Origin: Eledone cirrhosa
Lineage: Eukaryota
NCBI GenBank assembly: GCA_964016885.1
Contig: OZ024745.1
Location: 44,702,001 to 44,766,000, forward strand
Length of the DNA stretch: 64,000 bases
Direction: 5' to 3'
Shown: positions 61,101 through 64,000 of the stretch, piece after piece
Layout: the number at the start of each line of letters is the position of its first letter
Position numbering within the stretch: position 1 is the first letter of the stretch
Notes under the pieces: generated by a model
Seen by the model: only the letters and a program-made list of their open reading frames with translations
The model's database searches: none
What the model was told of the DNA's origin: nothing
Position numbers and translations under genes: made by a program

Positions 61101-64000
61101 GGTATATAGTGACACTGGACAGTCTGTTACTTGGTATATAGTGACACTGGGCAGTCTGGTACTTGGTATATAGTGACACTAGACAGTTTGGTACTTGGTA
61201 TATAGTGACACTAGACAGTGTGGTACTTGGTATATAGTGACACTGGACGGTCTGATACTTGGTATATAGTGACACTGGAGAGTCTGATAATTGGTATATA
61301 GTGACACTAGACAGTCTGATACTTGGTATATAGTGACACTGGACAGTCTGGTACTTGGTATATAGTGATACTAGACAGTTTGGTACTTGGTATATAGTGA
61401 CACTAGACAGTCTGTTACTTGGTATATAGTGACACTGGACAGCCTGATACTTGGTATATAGTGACACTGGACAGTCTAGTACTTGGTATATAATGACACT
61501 GGACAGTCTGGTACTTAGTATATAGTGTTACTGGACAGTCTGGTACTTGGTATATAGTGACACTAGGCAGTCTGGTACTTGGTATATAGTGACACTGGAC
61601 AGTCTGGTACTTGGTATATAGTGACACTAGACAGTCTGGTACTTGGTATATAGTGACACTGGACAGTCTGATACTTGGTATATAGTGTTACTGGCGAGTC
61701 TGGTACTTGGTATATAGTGACACTGGACAGTTTGATACTTGGTATATAGTGACACTGGACAGTCTGGTAATTGGTATATAGTGACACTGGACAGTCTGAT
61801 ACTTGGTATATAGTGACACTGGACAGTCTGATACTTGGTATATAGTGACACTAGACAGTCTGGTACTTGGTATATAGTGACACTGGACAGTCTGGTACTT
61901 GGTATATAGTGACACTGGACAGTCTGGTACTTGGTATATAGTGACACTGGACAGCCTGGTAATTGGTATATAGTGACACTAGACAGTCTGGTACTTGGTA
62001 TATAGTGTTACTGGACAGTCTGGTACTTGGTATATAGTGACACTAGACAGTCTGGTACTTGGTATATAGTGACACTGGACAGTCTGGTAGTTGGTATATA
62101 GTGACACTGGACAGTCTGATACTTGGTATATAGTGACACTGGAAGTCTGATACTTGGTATATAGTGACACTAGACAGTCTGGTACTTGGTATATAGTGAC
62201 ACTGGACAGTCTGGTACTTGGTATATAGTGACACTAGACAGTCTGGTACTTGGTATATAGTGTTACTGGACAGTCTGGTACTTGGTATATAGTGAAACTA
62301 GACAGTCTGGTACTTGGTATATAGTGACACTAGACACTCTGGTACTTGGTATATAGTGACACTGGAAAATCTGGTATTTGGTATATAGTGACAGTAGACA
62401 GTCTGGTACTTGGTATATAGTGACACTGGACAGTCTGGTACCTGGTATATAGTGATACTGGACAGTCTGGTACTTGGTATATAGTGACACTGGACAGTCT
62501 GGTAGTTGGTATATAGTGACACTGGACAGTCTGATACTTGGTATATAGTGACACTGGACAGTCTGGTACTTGGTATATAGTGACACTGGACAGTCTGATA
62601 CTTGGTATATAGTGACACTGGACAGTCTGGTACTTGGTATATAGTGACACTGGACAGTCGGGTACTTGGTATATAGTGACACTGGACAGTCTGATACTTG
62701 GTATATAGTGACACTAGACAGTCTGGTACTTGGTATATAGTGACACTGGACAGTCTGGTACTTGGTATATAGTGACACTGGACAGTCTGGTACTTGGTAT
62801 ATAGTGACACTGGACAGTCTGGTACTTGGTATATAGTGACACTGGAGAGTCTGATACTTGGTATATAGTGACGCTGGACAGTCTGGTACTTGGTATATAG
62901 TGTTACTGGACAGTCTGGTACGTGGTATATAGTGACACTGGTCAGTCGGATACTTGGTATATAGTGACACTGGACAGTCTGATACTTGGTATATAGTGAC
63001 ACTAGCCAGTCTGATACTTGGTATATAGTGACACTGGACAGTCTGGTACTTGGTATATAGTGACACTAGCCAGTCTGATACTTGGTATATAGTGACACTG
63101 GACAGTCTGGTACTTGGTATATAGTGACACTAGACAGTCTGATACTTGGTATATAGTGACACTGGACAGTCTGGTACTTGGTATATAGTGTTACTGGACA
63201 GTCTGGTACTTGGTATATAGTGACACTGGACAGTCTAGTACTTGGTATATAGTGACACTAGACAGTCTGATACTTGGTATATAGTGACACTGGACACTCT
63301 GGTACTTGGTTTATAGTGACACTGGACAGTATGGTACTTGGTATATAGTGACACTAGACAGTCTGGTACTTGGTATATAGTGTTACTGGACAGTCTGGTA
63401 CTTGGTAGATAGTGACACTAGACAGTCTGGTACTTGGTATATAGTGACACTGGACAGTCAGGTAGTTGGTATATAGTGACACTGGACAGTCTGATACTTG
63501 GTATATAGTGACACTGGAAGTCTGATACTTGGTATATAGTGACACTAGACAGTCTGGTACTTGGTATATAGTGACACTGGACAGTCTGGTACTTGGTATA
63601 TAGTAACACTAGACAGTCTGGTACTTGGTATATAGCGTTACTGGACAGTCTGGTACTTGGTATATAGTGACACTAGACAGTCTGGTACTTGGTATATAGT
63701 GACACTAGACAGTCTGGTACTTGGTATATAGTGACACTGGACAGTCTGGTACTTGGTATATAGTGACACTAGACAGTCTGGTACTTGGTATATAGTGACA
63801 CTGGACAGTCTGGTACCTGGTATATAGTGATACTGGACAGTCTGATACTTGGTATATAGTGACACTGGATAGTCTGATACTTGGTATATAGTGACACTGG
63901 ACAGTCTGGTACCTGGTATATAGTGACACTGGACAGTCTGATACTTGGTATATAGTGACACTGGATAGTCTGATACTTGGTATATAGTGACACTGGACAG
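19113..64000. repeat. Large 32-bp tandem satellite array (at least 44.9 kb, about 1400 monomers) with higher-order repeats; continues past the window end
   Basis: Consensus TGGACAGTCTGGTACTTGGTATATAGTGACAC, head to tail in one orientation with no insertions seen; variation is substitutions plus occasional 31-bp monomers (TGGAAGTC.., ..CTGATATTGG..). Confidence 0.99.

Noticed and set aside
19110-63993. Hundreds of minus-strand ORFs (MSLYTKYQTV...) as protein-coding genes
   Set aside because: They are translations of the satellite in all three frames, mostly starting at GTG, with no unique sequence, splice structure or frame preference.
19113-64000. CRISPR array (32-bp repeats)
   Set aside because: Monomers are directly adjacent with no unique spacers, there are no cas genes, and the context is a spliced eukaryotic gene.

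Overview
Eukaryotic, AT-rich, repeat-dense genomic DNA. The SINE/MITE repertoire looks like that of a coleoid cephalopod, probably Octopus (pattern recognition only). About 1-13.7 kb holds the last five coding exons of a + strand NELF-C/D (TH1L, NELFCD) gene: 4739-4853, 6992-7087, 8063-8203, 11209-11338 and 12268-12302. All have GT-AG junctions and join in frame to a TGA stop, followed by a probable 3' UTR. The introns and the downstream spacer are packed with a 47-bp minisatellite, smaller tandem repeats, tRNA-type SINEs, TTAA-terminated MITEs, a Chapaev3-like transposase remnant and hAT MITEs. From 19113 to the window end (at least 44.9 kb, about 1400 units) is one uninterrupted 32-bp satellite, TGGACAGTCTGGTACTTGGTATATAGTGACAC. 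It has nested higher-order duplications (about 1.7, 1.95, 2.6, 3.1, 5.9 and 8.3 kb) and a near-identical 19.5-19.8 kb tandem super-repeat. The hundreds of minus-strand ORFs in the ORF track are translations of this satellite. No CRISPR array, RNA gene or intact autonomous element is evident. Repeat boundaries were read by eye and are approximate unless terminal signatures are quoted.
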